From the NCBI GenBank assembly GCA_963829055.1, contig CAWHHI010000016.1, positions 64,001 to 128,000 on the forward strand: 64,000 nucleotides of DNA, read 5' to 3'. This document shows positions 30,387 through 41,603 of this stretch, one piece after another. Position 1 is the stretch's first letter. The number at the start of each line of letters is the position of its first letter. A program made the translations under genes and the position numbers. This DNA comes from an uncultured Gemmatimonadaceae bacterium. Its GTDB lineage: Bacteria > Gemmatimonadota > Gemmatimonadetes > Gemmatimonadales > Gemmatimonadaceae. Under the pieces are notes generated by a model. It was not told where the DNA came from. It did no database searches and saw nothing but the letters and a program-made list of their open reading frames with translations.

Positions 30387-32929
30387 TGCGTCCTCACGAC
30401 CCAGAGGCGCATCACGCTGGGGAGCGTGCCGTCACTCAAGTCGCGCATGCGGATACCCGTCGCCGGTCGACCAGCACCGGACACGAGGAAGTACGCCGTC
30501 GAACCACCGCGCACCGCGATCTGGTCGCTGAACGCCCCGAACGGGCGGTCGCGCGGCAGCAGATGTGTTACCGGGATAAGCCCAGCCTCGATGTTGGTCA
30601 GATTCCAGCTCGTGAACGTGAGCTTTGGGTCGATGCCCGGGACGCGGTCGTCCACGTACAGAGCCGCCGCCCAGCGGGCGAGCAGCACGTCGATTGGTGT
30701 TCCCGTGACGTCCGACAGCGTGGCATACCCGGTGAACGCGTTGTCGATGAGCTTCCGGTGAAGGCCTTTCTCGCCGCCCGGGAAGGTCGGTCCGTACTGA
30801 TCCGAGATCCAGCGCAGGAGCGTGTACGGCACACCATACACGTCGCGGCCGCCGACGCACGGGCCGGAGTTGCCCGAGGAGGACGGCTGCGCCAGCCAGC
30901 TGCACTGTTCCGGCGCGTTACGCACGCGCGTCGTCAATGTCTGGACGCCATAGTAGTACAGGAGGTCGATCCAGCCGTCCTTGAACCAGTCGATGGGCGT
31001 CAGCTTCGGGTCGTTCCACATCACGGCGAATCCCAGGTTCTGTCCCGGAGAGCGCCCGGTCGCCTGAAACCCGTTCACCTCCTCGGCAAACGTCGCCTGG
31101 CCCTCGATCTCCCACTGCGACTGGAAGTCCGTGGCCGCCTCGTACGTGCCTCGGCGTCCGATCTGGATCACGTGTGTGAACTCGTGCGCGATGATGATCG
31201 GCGCGTCGAGCAGCGCGTTCGCGACGGTGTAAGCGCTCCCCACACTGGCATTGGGGTCAGGCGCGCGGCCGTAGAAGTACTCGCCCTCGTTGCTCGCCGG
31301 GCACTCATCCCGCGACGCGAGGTCGGCGAAGATGACCTGGCCGAGGATCGTTGGCGTGACCTTGTTGACCTCTCTCGTGATCACGATGACGACGCGCGTA
31401 TTCTCGTCGAAGTCGGTGGGATCGCCGAAGTAGCCCACGTCAACGGCGTAGATCTCGTTGTCGAAGCGGGCACTGAGCGTCTGATAATCCGCGGCGCTGA
31501 AGCCGCCGGCGGGATTTGCGTTGTCCTCGACGAAAATGCCGTGTTGACCGACCGCCTTCACGGTCACGGTGATCGGCGTCGAGAGCACGCACGTGTTGGG
31601 ACGCGTCGGCACCTTCATGTTGATCACGTCGCCGACCTTCGCAGTCGCGGGCACCGTCGGCGCTTGCGAGGCGGACGCGCGTGAGGCTGCCGCCCGTGCG
31701 CTCCGCGTAGCCAGCTTGGCACGCCCGCTCGCGAATCGTGCCACGAGGTCGGCCCGATCCTGTGCGAGGAACGCCGCATGCGCTGCGCGATGCTGTGCCA
31801 TTCGATCGTTTCGCGCCGCGAGCGGATCGATGAGGGGTGCGCTGAACACTGGCGCCGTCGCGATGCTCACTTGCGATACGATCGCACCCGTCGGCGCCTC
31901 GCCCGTCACGACGGCCGGGGTCAGGCTGGCCGCACTCTGGGACACCGACTGGAGACCAATCAGGTAGGTCTCCGCCGTGCTGGTCGCGGGGAACTGCAGG
32001 CAGAAGTCCGACGGACTCGCGATGAGTCGCTGCTGCCCCTGCGCGAGTGTGAACGGCGTTGCACTCGGCGTGAATGGCTGCGACTTGGGGAGGCTGCCGT
32101 TGCCGCCGACCGTGACGTCCACGTTGATGTTCTGCGCCGGCTTGCAGTTCTGGTTAGGCACGACGATCTGGAGCGACGTCGGTGTGGCCGCTGTGACTGA
32201 CGCGGTCACGCCGCCAATGCGGACGACATTCGCGTCGGCGGTCGCGCCGAACTTCGTGCCCGTGATCGTCGCGGGCTGTCCTTCGACCAGAGTGCTTGGC
32301 GTTATGGTAGCGATCTGAGGAGCGTCGGCCGGATTTCCCGCGATGACCGTGACCTGGACCGTCCCGGTCTTGGCTTCAGACGTCGCTGTGATCGTGGCGG
32401 TTCCCCCAGCAACGGCGGTAACGACTCCGGCGCCCGACACGGTTGCGATGGCCTGATCGCTCGTGCTCCACGTGACGGTGCGGCCAGTGACCACCGTGTT
32501 GCTGGCATCGCGTGTCACCGCGGTCGCCTGTGTGGTCTGGCCGGCCTGCAAGGTCGTCGCGGTAGCGGTCACCGTTACGGTCGCCACCGGAGGCGCCACG
32601 ATGGTGACCGTCGCGGTGCCGGTTTTTCCTTCGATAGTCGCGGTGATCGTCGCGCCGCCCGGCGACACGCCGGTCACTACGCCCGCGTTGCTCACGGTGG
32701 CGATAGCCTGGCTCGACGTGGTCCAAGCGACTTTGCGATTCGTGAGCGTGTTGCCCTTCGCGTCCTTCGCGGTCGCCGTGAGCTGCGCGGTTTGCCCAAC
32801 GATGACATTTCCAGCGGGCGCCGGGACGTTCACCGTGGCGACCGCGGGAGGTCCGGACGAATCACCGCTGCAGGCGACGAACGCGACCGTAAGCAGCGAG
32901 ACGAGCGCGAGCCGGGTGCGAGTAGTCAT
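30383..32929 (-). CDS. Lipoprotein with Ig-like (Big_2, IPT) domains and HEXXH metallopeptidase domain
   Basis: Lipobox FVAC; WTTSSQAIATVS repeats; AHEFTH and downstream EGQATFAE. Confidence 0.82.
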   Translation of the reverse strand: MTTRTRLALVSLLTVAFVACSGDSSGPPAVATVNVPAPAGNVIVGQTAQLTATAKDAKGNTLTNRKVAWTTSSQAIATVSNAGVVTGVSPGGATITATIEGKTGTATVTIVAPPVATVTVTATATTLQAGQTTQATAVTRDASNTVVTGRTVTWSTSDQAIATVSGAGVVTAVAGGTATITATSEAKTGTVQVTVIAGNPADAPQIATITPSTLVEGQPATITGTKFGATADANVVRIGGVTASVTAATPTSLQIVVPNQNCKPAQNINVDVTVGGNGSLPKSQPFTPSATPFTLAQGQQRLIASPSDFCLQFPATSTAETYLIGLQSVSQSAASLTPAVVTGEAPTGAIVSQVSIATAPVFSAPLIDPLAARNDRMAQHRAAHAAFLAQDRADLVARFASGRAKLATRSARAAASRASASQAPTVPATAKVGDVINMKVPTRPNTCVLSTPITVTVKAVGQHGIFVEDNANPAGGFSAADYQTLSARFDNEIYAVDVGYFGDPTDFDENTRVVIVITREVNKVTPTILGQVIFADLASRDECPASNEGEYFYGRAPDPNASVGSAYTVANALLDAPIIIAHEFTHVIQIGRRGTYEAATDFQSQWEIEGQATFAEEVNGFQATGRSPGQNLGFAVMWNDPKLTPIDWFKDGWIDLLYYYGVQTLTTRVRNAPEQCSWLAQPSSSGNSGPCVGGRDVYGVPYTLLRWISDQYGPTFPGGEKGLHRKLIDNAFTGYATLSDVTGTPIDVLLARWAAALYVDDRVPGIDPKLTFTSWNLTNIEAGLIPVTHLLPRDRPFGAFSDQIAVRGGSTAYFLVSGAGRPATGIRMRDLSDGTLPSVMRLWVVRTQ

Positions 32930-33136
32930 GATTTTCCTGCGAAGGCGGTGCGAACCGCGCCACCCCTGCGGCAGCGCTCGTCGAACATATGGATCGACGC
33001 GCAGTCGGCAAAGGGTACGAACGGTGAACTACCTTGGTCGTGCGGTGTGAGGCGCGTTCGCGACCGCCGAGTGCGCCGCCGACCGCCGCCGATGCGTATA
33101 ATTCCAGACCCACTCCACCCGACCCGGAGGACGCAC

Positions 33137-34339
33137 GTGCCCCAGCTGACCGACCGCTTCAAGGCGTTTCCCGTCTACCCGCTCGCCCATGTTCCCGCGA
33201 AGAAGCGCGAGCTCCTGCAGCGCGGCGTGGACGTGATCGACCTTGGCGCGGGTGATGCGGATCTCGCGCCTCCGCCGGCGGCCGTCGAGGCACTCGTGAA
33301 GGCTGCGCACACGCCGTCGATGAGCCGGTACGGGTTCGGACTGGGGCACGTCCCGTTTCGTGAGGCCATTTCCGAGTGGATGGCGATGCGGTTCGGACAG
33401 CGCTTCGACCCCATCAGCGAGGTCGTGCCGCTCATTGGATCGAAGGAAGGCATCGCGCACGTGGCGTTCGCGTATCTCGGGCGCGGCGACGTCGCGATCA
33501 TTCCCGAGCCGGCGTATCAAGCCTACCTCGGCGGTACGTTGCTGAGCGACGCCACGCCGTACGTGTATCCGCTCAGGCCGCGCACGCGCTTCCTCGTCGA
33601 GCTCGATGAGATTCCGCGCGATGTGTTGTCGCGGACGCGCGTGCTCTATCTCAACTACCCGAACAACCCGACCGCCGCCGTCGCCCCGCGCGACTACCTC
33701 GAGCGCGTCGTGCGCACGTGTCGTGAGCGCGACATCCTGCTCGTGTACGACAACGCGTACTCCGAGCTGGCGTTCGACGACTACGTGCCGCCGAGCATCT
33801 TCGAGATCGATGGCGCGCGCGACGTGGCGATCGAATTTCATTCGCTCTCGAAGACGTACAACATGACCGGCTGGCGCTGCGGCTGGTCTGTCGCGAAGCC
33901 AGAGATCTCGGCCGCGCTCGCGAAGGTGAAGACGTTCATCGACACCGGCACGTTCATGGGCATCCAGGCGGCCGGCGTCGCGGCGATCCAGAGCTGGAAG
34001 GAGTTCGTGCCGCCGAACGTCGCGATCTTCAAGGAACGTCGTGACGCCGCGGTCGCCGCGTTCCGCTCGGCCGGCTTCTCGTGCGAGACGCCGGAAGCGA
34101 CGATGTATCTGTGGATCGCACTCCCCGAGGGCATGCCGAGTCGTCCGTTCGCCGATCGGCTGATGGAGGAGGAAGGGGTGATCGTTCTCCCAGGCGCCGG
34201 TTTCGGCGCGGGCGGCGAAGGCTTCTTCCGCGTGTCGTTCATCGTACCGCCGGCGCGCATGGCTGTGGCAGCCGAGCGGGCGGGTCGCATTCTGGCGTCA
34301 ATGCAGGCGGAAGCCGGGGCGGAGGTCGCGGCTCTGTAG
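33137..34339 (+). CDS. PLP-dependent aminotransferase class I/II (LL-DAP aminotransferase-like)
   Basis: GGAGG RBS; LIGSKEG, LNYPNNPT, DNAYSE, SLSKTYNMTGWR. Confidence 0.9.
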   Translation: MPQLTDRFKAFPVYPLAHVPAKKRELLQRGVDVIDLGAGDADLAPPPAAVEALVKAAHTPSMSRYGFGLGHVPFREAISEWMAMRFGQRFDPISEVVPLIGSKEGIAHVAFAYLGRGDVAIIPEPAYQAYLGGTLLSDATPYVYPLRPRTRFLVELDEIPRDVLSRTRVLYLNYPNNPTAAVAPRDYLERVVRTCRERDILLVYDNAYSELAFDDYVPPSIFEIDGARDVAIEFHSLSKTYNMTGWRCGWSVAKPEISAALAKVKTFIDTGTFMGIQAAGVAAIQSWKEFVPPNVAIFKERRDAAVAAFRSAGFSCETPEATMYLWIALPEGMPSRPFADRLMEEEGVIVLPGAGFGAGGEGFFRVSFIVPPARMAVAAERAGRILASMQAEAGAEVAAL

Positions 34340-34411
34340 CGGAGGGCCGTAGGAAGGAGGCCATAGGAAGGAGGCCTTCGGATGGCGGAAGACGGAGGGC
34401 GGACGGCGGGG
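34339..34411 (+). repeat. GGAAGGAGGCC/GGCGGA short-repeat tract, same family as 5870-5922
   Basis: ggccgtaggaaggaggccataggaaggaggcc...ggagggcggacggcgg. Confidence 0.75.
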
Positions 34412-34530
34412 CTTGCGTTCCAATTGCATGGCTCCATTCTCAGGCTGGTCACCAAGCCACCAACGAGTCGGGTCGAGCACGATACTCGTCGACGGCCGCG
34501 ATTGGCTCATCCACGACTAAGGATCCCGAG

Positions 34531-37459
34531 ATGTCTCAGCACGTGACGCGAACTGCACGCACGCTGGCGACCATGCTCCTCGTCGGCGCCGGGGCGGCGT
34601 CGCTCGGAGCGCAGACCGCGACCGTCAGCGATGCGAATCGTCCCGCGGTGACGGCGACGTCGCCCGCAGCACTCAAGCAACTCGATCCGGCCGACCTCGC
34701 GTTCTGGAAGAACGTGCGGTTCACGGCGCTGTCGAACGACGGAAAGTGGTTCGCGTACCAGCTGACGCCTAACGAAGGTGACGCCGAGGTCGTGGTGCGG
34801 CCGACCGCTGAAGGCGAAGAGCGTCGCTTCAAGATCGGGGAGCCGCCTCCGCCGGCTGGCGGGTTCGGCGGCGGCGGGAACACATCCGTCGTGATCTCCG
34901 ACGATGGCAAGTGGCTCGGCTTCTTCAAGTACCCGACCGCAGCCGACGCGAAGAAGCTGCGCAAGGATAAGAAACCGGTGCAGAGTGGCGTCGTCGTGGT
35001 GAATCTCGCGACGGGCGAGACGCGCGAGTTCGACAAGATGCGCCGCTTCTCGTTCGCGCCGAAGCAGTCGAACTGGCTCGCGATCCAGCGTTATGCGGCC
35101 GAAGGTGCGCCGGCGGGTGCGGGCGCGGATCTCCTGCTCGTTGACGTACGTACCGGAACCGTGACGAGTATCGGCAACGTCGGCGAGTTCGCGTTCGACG
35201 ACGCCGGAACGCGCCTCGCCTGGACCATCGAGGGGCGTGATCTGGTCGGCAACGGCGTGCAGGTGCGCGATCTCAAAACCGATGTCGTCCGCGTGCTGGA
35301 CAGCGACAAGGCGCTCTACCGTCGCCTCACGTGGGCCGACAGCGGCCTCGCGCTCGCCGTTCTTCGCGGTCGCCCCGACAGCGCCGCCGCCGACACCGCG
35401 TACTCGGTGCTCGGCTACGCTGGTTTCACGCCGGCGATGAAGGCAGTCGTCTTCACGCCGACCGACACCGGCGGCTTTCCGAGCGGCCTTCGCATTGCCC
35501 CGGATCGTGCGCCGCGCTGGGCGGGGGATCGGTCGGCCATCTACTTCGGCATTGCCCCGCGTCGTACGGCGCCCGAGAGCAAGACACCTCGTCCGGACGT
35601 TAAGCCGGTGGCGGGGATTCCAGGTGCCATGCAGGCGACGGGACGTGGCGTCGGAGAGGAAGACGAGCTCCCGTCGCTCGTCATCTGGCACGGGAAGGAT
35701 CCGCGCCTCCAGTCGCAGCAGCAGGTGGAGGAGACGCGGGACAAGCAGTTCAGCTTCCTCGCGGAGTATCGCGTCGCCGATCGCAAATTCGTGCGCCTCG
35801 GCACCGACGAGATGCGTGACGTCACGCTCGCACCTAACGAGCGCTGGGCGATCGCGTCCGACGTGCGTGGTTACGAGCGCGCCGGAAACATCGACGGCAT
35901 GCGCTACCACGACGTCTACGCCATCGATACGCGCACGGGTGAGCGCAAGCTGGCCGTGAAGAAAACGCCCAACCGTGAATTCCCGTCGCCGGACGGATCG
36001 CGCTTCCTCTATTTCGATGACGGGCAGTACCGCGTCTACGATATGGCCGCGGGAACATCGCGAGTCATCACAGCGGGCGTCGCCCGTGTCGTTCGTCGAC
36101 ACAGAGGACGATCATAACGTCGATCGCCCACCCGTCGCGCCGATGGGCTGGTCCAGGGACGGGAGCGCGGTGCTGCTCTCCGATAACTGGGACGTGTGGC
36201 GCGTTCCGGTGAACGGGTCGGGCAAGGCCGTGAACCTGACGGGGAACGGCCGCGCGACCGGCGTTCGCTACCAGCGTCGCGTCGTCATCGATCCGCAGGA
36301 ACGCGGCGTCGATCTCTCGAAGCCGTTCTACATCTCGACGTACGGCGAGCGCACGAAGAAGGAAGGTCTCGCGCTCGTGAATCCCGCGAAGCCAGGCGCG
36401 ACGTCGCTCGTGTGGGACGACGCGAAGTACGCGTTCGCGCGTGCCCGTGACGCGGACACGTGGGTGTTCACGCGCCAGACCGTGAAGGACTACCCGGACT
36501 ACTGGGTCACGAACGCGACGTTCGGTTCACCGCGTCGCCTGACGACGGCGAACCCGCAGCAGAGCCAGTACGCGTGGTCGAGCGGCGCGCGGCTCGTGGA
36601 CTACGTGACGGACAAGGGCGACTCGCTGCAGGGCGCGCTGTACCTGCCGGCGAACTACGAGCCGGGCAAGAAGTACCCGACCGTCGTCTACATCTACGAG
36701 AAGCGCTCCCAGTTCCTGCACAGCTACAGTCAGCCTAACGAGACGCAGGCGTTCAACGCCAGCGTGTACACGAGCCGAGGGTATGCGGTGTTCCAGCCGG
36801 ACATCGTGTACAAGGTGAACGACCCGGGCATGTCGGCCGTGTGGGCCGTCGTACCGGCGGTGAAGGCCGCGATCAAGACGGGTATCGTGGACTCGGCGAA
36901 CGTGGCGCTGCACGGCCACTCGTGGGGCGGCTACCAGACGGCGTTCCTCGTCACGCAGACGAACATCTTCAAGAGCGCCATTGCCGGCGCCGCGCTCACC
37001 GACATGGTGAGCATGTACAGCTCCGTGTACTGGAACACGGGGAGCGGCAACGCGCCGATCTTCGAGAGCAGCCAGGGACGATTCAAGGGCAACTTCCTCG
37101 AGAACTACGACGCCTACATCCGGAACTCGCCCGCGTTCCACGCCGACAAGATCAAGACGCCGCTGCTCCTGCTGCATAACGAGCACGACGGCGCCGTCGA
37201 CTTCAACCAGGGCATCACGTTCTTCAACACGCTGCGCGAGCTCGGCAAGGATGTCGTGCTGCTGCAGTACGTCGGCGAGAACCACGGCCTCGCGCAGCCG
37301 AAGAACATGAAGGACTACACGATTCGCATGCGTGAGTACTTCGACTACTATCTCAAGGGCGAGCCCGCGCCCGAGTGGCTCAAGGACGGTATTCCACGTC
37401 TCAAGATGGAGGAGCATCTCAAGTCGCGGCAGAAGAAAGTGGAGAAGATAGCGTCTTGA
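34531..37459 (+). CDS. Secreted S9 prolyl oligopeptidase family protein (frameshift ~36080)
   Basis: Signal peptide, beta-propeller repeats, GHSWGGY, HNEHDGAV, GENHGL. Confidence 0.9.
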
Positions 37460-38645
37460 GATCGCGCACTTACGGTTCAGGTATTTGCGTTGGCGTGGCG
37501 CTAATGGCCGTCGTGATGGCTGGTACGGATGCGGGCGCGCAGGCGCCTAACGGCCGGGCGCGGGCGCGCGACCTGGGTGTCGCGCCCGGCATCTTCAAGC
37601 CGGGCGCGAACAACGCGATCACCGACGTGTCCGGTGTGCTCGTCGGCCAGACGACGGTGACCGACGGCGACTCCGTCCACACGGGCATCACCGCGATCCG
37701 CGCGCACGGGGGCAATCAGTATCTCGATCGCGTGCCGGCGGCCGTGCACGTCGGCAACGCGTTCGGGAAGCTCGTTGGCAGCACCCAGGTGAAGGAGCTC
37801 GGCGAGCTCGAGACGCCGATCCTGCTCACGTGTACGCTGTGCGTGTGGAAGGCGGCCGACGCGATGGTCGAATGGATGATCGCGCAGCCGGGCATGGAGC
37901 GTGTCGGCTCGCTCAATCCCGTGGTCGGCGAGACGAATGACGGCGGACTGAACGCGATTCGCTCGCGGCCGATTCGCCCGAGCACGTGCGCGCGGCGCTC
38001 GATGGCGCGAAGAGCGGCCCAGTCGCCGAGGGTAGCGTTGGTGCTGGGGCAGGGACGCAGGCGTTCGGCTGGAAGGGCGGCATCGGCACGTCGTCACGCG
38101 TCGTGCCGAAGTCGCTCGGCGGCTACACGGTCGGCGTGCTCGTGCAGTCGAACTTCGGTGGGATTCTGCAAGTGCTCGGCGCCCCGGTCGGAAAGGAGCT
38201 CGGGCGGTACGCGTTCAAGAACGAGATGGACCGCGAGCGCGGCGACGGCTCGATCATGATGGTGGTCGCCACGGATGCGCCGATCTCCGACCGGAATCTC
38301 GAACGACTCGCGGCGCGAGCGATGATGGGACTGGGTCGCACGGGGTCCTCGGCGTCGAACGGGTCGGGCGACTTCGTGATCGCATTCTCGACGGCGGCGT
38401 CGGTGCGTCGTCGCCTAACGCCAGCCGCCCCGGGCACGCCTGAGCCGTTGACGCGGCAGACCGAGGACCTCACGAACGACGCGATGTCGGGCTTGTTCGA
38501 GGCCGTCGTCGAGGCGACGGAGGAGTCGATCTACAACTCGCTGTTCATGGCGACGCCGGTGACCGCCCGCGGCCGCACGGTGGACGCGATTCCGCTGGAT
38601 CGCGTGCGAGACGTGCTGAAGAAATACAACGTCGGCAGTCGCTGA
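37456..38645 (+). CDS. DmpA-like P1/S58 aminopeptidase (frameshift ~37980)
   Basis: NAITDVSGV, GKLVGSTQVKELG, VVGETND, KGGIGTSS, DGSIMMVVATDAP, SNGSGD. Confidence 0.9.
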
Positions 38646-38700
38646 GTCGTGCCGCTCGGTCTGCGCACGCGGTTGCTCAACGGCGAACAGCGCCGGGCGA

Positions 38701-38916
38701 CCATCTGAACACTGATGGGGCGAGCGGAGCAGCCGAATCGAAGCGGATTGATTCCTGATGCGGTGGCATGTGAGCTACAGCCAGCGGAATTTCGAGGGGC
38801 ATTGCTGCGCGGCATAAGTGTCGTCCCTCGTCGCTAGCGCTCCTCGGGATGACAACGGAGTCAATCCGCTTGAATCCGAGCGAATCCGTTCGCCCGCGTT
38901 CGTCTGAGGATGCCGG
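38701..38916. repeat. Family B element with an embedded family A half (38824-38854)
   Basis: agcggattgattcc / ggagtcaatccgct arms; ctcgggatgaca. Confidence 0.65.
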
Positions 38917-38941
38917 TACGGTTGTCGCATAGCCAGATAGC

Positions 38942-39586
38942 ATGAAGAAACATCAGATGCTGCCAATGGCACTCATTGGCGCGGGGCTCGGTGCCGCCGC
39001 GGGATTCGCGCTGCTCTCGCGCTCCGTGAAGAAGCACAACACCCGTCAGATCGACGGACGCGCGCGCAAGAAGGCCCTCGAGCGGCGCCGCCGCTCCACG
39101 AAGATGCTCGCGAAAGGCATCGGGCCACTCGGCAAGTGGTGGGGGCAGACGCCGATCGCCGCGCTGGTCACGGCCCTCGTGTGGCGCCGGCGCGGACGCT
39201 ATGCCGCGTTGCCGATCGCCGGAGCGTCGGCCAGCGCCGCCGCCCTCGCCTGGGTGCTCGAGCGCGCCATGTTCCAGCGGCGACCGCCTCCGGGGCGTCA
39301 TTCGCCGACCGAGCCCGCGTTCCCGAGTGGACACGCATTGCAAACCTCGGCTGTCGCGTGGACGGCCGCGTACGTGCTGCTGCGCGAGCGCGCCGTTCCG
39401 AGATCCGCGATGCTACCGCTCGCCGTGCTGCTGCCCGCCGCCAGTGGTCTCGCGAAATTGCACCTCGATGGCCACTGGCTCACGGATGTCCTCGGTGGAT
39501 ATTTGGTGGGCGCCGCGATCGCGGCTCCAGCCGCCGCGGGGTACGAGATGGCACGACCGCGCCGGCGTCGTTTCGCCACTCACTGA
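38942..39586 (+). CDS. PAP2 family membrane phosphatase
   Basis: RRPP, AFPSGH, LHLDGHWLTDVLGG. Confidence 0.87.
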   Translation: MKKHQMLPMALIGAGLGAAAGFALLSRSVKKHNTRQIDGRARKKALERRRRSTKMLAKGIGPLGKWWGQTPIAALVTALVWRRRGRYAALPIAGASASAAALAWVLERAMFQRRPPPGRHSPTEPAFPSGHALQTSAVAWTAAYVLLRERAVPRSAMLPLAVLLPAASGLAKLHLDGHWLTDVLGGYLVGAAIAAPAAAGYEMARPRRRRFATH

Positions 39587-39593
39587 GGTCTCC

Positions 39594-40978
39594 ATGCACG
39601 TTCGCTCGTCCATATCGGCGGTCCTCCTGACCGCCGCCGTTCTCGCACGTCCGCTCGCCGCGCAGACCGTCGCCGACCGGTATCGCGCCGACGCCAATCG
39701 CATCATCGACGCAGCCCTCAAGGACAGCACGGCCTGGAACCGGTTGGGCGAGATGACCGAGAAATTCGGCAATCGCCTGAGCGGGACGCCGGCGCTCGAG
39801 CAGACGATCGATTGGGTGATCGCGAAGATGAAGGCCGACGGGCTTCAGAACGTCCGCGGCGAGCGCGTGATGGTGCCGGTCTGGGTTCGTGGCGCCGAGT
39901 CGGCTCAGCTCGTGAGCCCACGCGTGCAGAACATGCCCATGCTGGGACTCGGTGGAAGCATCGCGACCCCGCCCGGTGGCGTCACCGCGGACGTGTTCGT
40001 CGTCAGCAGCTTCAGCGAGCTGACGGCGAAGGCGTCGCAGGCCGCCGGCAAGATCGTGCTCTTCGACGTCCCGTTCACCAGCTACGGAGAGACGGTCCAG
40101 TATCGCGCGCGTGGCGCGGTCGCCGCGGCGCAGGCCGGCGCAGTCGCCGCGCTCGTCCGCTCCGTCACGCCGTTCTCGATGCGTACGCCGCACACCGGCG
40201 GCATGTTCTACGACTCGACCGTTAGGCGCATCCCCACGGCCGCGATCACGGTCGAGGATGCGCGAGATGCTGCATCGCATGCAGGATCGCGGCGAGCGCA
40301 TCCGCGTGAAGCTCCTCATGTCCGCGCACACACTGCCTGACGCGCCGTCACGCAACGTGATGGGCGAGATCGTCGGGTCCGAGAAGCCCGACGAGGTCGT
40401 GGTGTTCGGCGGCCACATCGACTCGTGGGACGTCGGTCGCGGCGCGATGGACGACGGTGGCGGCGTCGTGGTCGCGTGGGAGGCGGTGAAGCTCCTCCAG
40501 CGTCTTGGCCTCAAGCCGCGTCGCACGATCCGCGTCGTCGGATGGACGAACGAGGAGAATGGCGGACGTGGTGGGCAGGGGTACCGGGACGCGCACAAGG
40601 CCGACATCGACAAGCACATGCTGGCCATCGAGTCCGACGGCGGCGTGTTCAAGCCGCAGGGCTTCAGCTTCTCTGGTTCGGATGCGGCGCTCGAGATCGT
40701 GAAGCAGATCGCGACGCTGCTCGATCGTATCGAAGCCGGCGCGATCGTGAAGGGCGGCGCCGGATCGGACGTTGCGCCCGATCAACGCGCTCGGGGTGCC
40801 CGGCCTGGGGCTCAACGTCGACGGCACCAAGTATTTCTGGTATCACCACACCGAAGCCGACACGATCGAGAAGCTCGACGCGCACGAGATGGCGCTCTGC
40901 GTGGCGACAATGGCCGTCATGGCGTACGTCGTGGCGGACATGCCGGAGCCACTGCCGCGCGCAGCCGCGACGCCGTGA
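39594..40978 (+). CDS. M28 carboxypeptidase Q-like peptidase (frameshifts ~40262, ~40778)
   Basis: GNRLSGT, GHIDSWDVG, MDDGGG, NEENG, ESDGG, YFWYHHTEADT. Confidence 0.88.
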
Positions 40979-41161
40979 CGCTCGGGACCGCCGCGCCGCG
41001 AGCCCATCGCTTGCGGCGCGGCTGGCGTCGGTTCAGCTTCTACCCAGGGAACGGTTGCGCCGCCAAGCATTGGCGCACACGCCGCAGTGCAAGGGAACGA
41101 GGCGATTATCACGGACGGCGAGCGGGTGCCTGGATGGCAACACTGCCGCTGCGGAGGACAC

Positions 41162-41380
41162 ATGTCGAAGCAAGGTGCTATCGAGATGGAGGGGAAGGTC
41201 GCGGAAGTGCTGCCGAACGCGACGTTCCGGGTGACGGTGAATGGCGGCCACGACGTGCTCACGACGCTCGGCGGTAAGATGCGGCAGAACCGCATTCGTG
41301 TCCTCGCCGGCGATCACGTGACCATCGAGGTCTCGCCGTACGATCTCTCGCGCGGTCGCATCACGTACCGCCACAAGTAG
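41162..41380 (+). CDS. infA: Translation initiation factor IF-1
   Basis: [56 protein letters not shown]. Confidence 0.96.
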   Translation: MSKQGAIEMEGKVAEVLPNATFRVTVNGGHDVLTTLGGKMRQNRIRVLAGDHVTIEVSPYDLSRGRITYRHK

Positions 41381-41427
41381 ACGTCGCCTAACGCCGGTCC
41401 GGATGCGTCAGTGCGCGTCGGCACGTC

Positions 41428-41580
41428 TCAGCGGCGTTGCACGCGCCCGGCGACGAGGATGAGCGTCGCCACGAGCGACACCAGTGCGATGACGCTCGTG
41501 AGCACGAGCGCCGTGATGCGCACCGCGAGCTGCCCGCGACCGCTGCGCGCGATCACCACGCGGACGCGGCTGAACATCAC
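41428..41580 (-). CDS. Small single-TM protein (50 aa), absent from the ORF track
   Basis: MMFSRVRVVIARSGRGQLAVRITALVLTSVIALVSLVATLILVAGRVQRR*; AGGA upstream; GC3-rich. Confidence 0.5.
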   Translation of the reverse strand: MMFSRVRVVIARSGRGQLAVRITALVLTSVIALVSLVATLILVAGRVQRR

Positions 41581-41603
41581 GGCAGCCGATTCCTGCCCGG
41601 GCG

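Noticed and set aside
29798..31684. Long antisense/alternative-frame ORFs (also 53533-55722, 34507-36102, 41033-41374)
   Set aside because: Shadow ORFs of well-supported genes, expected at high GC; no motifs
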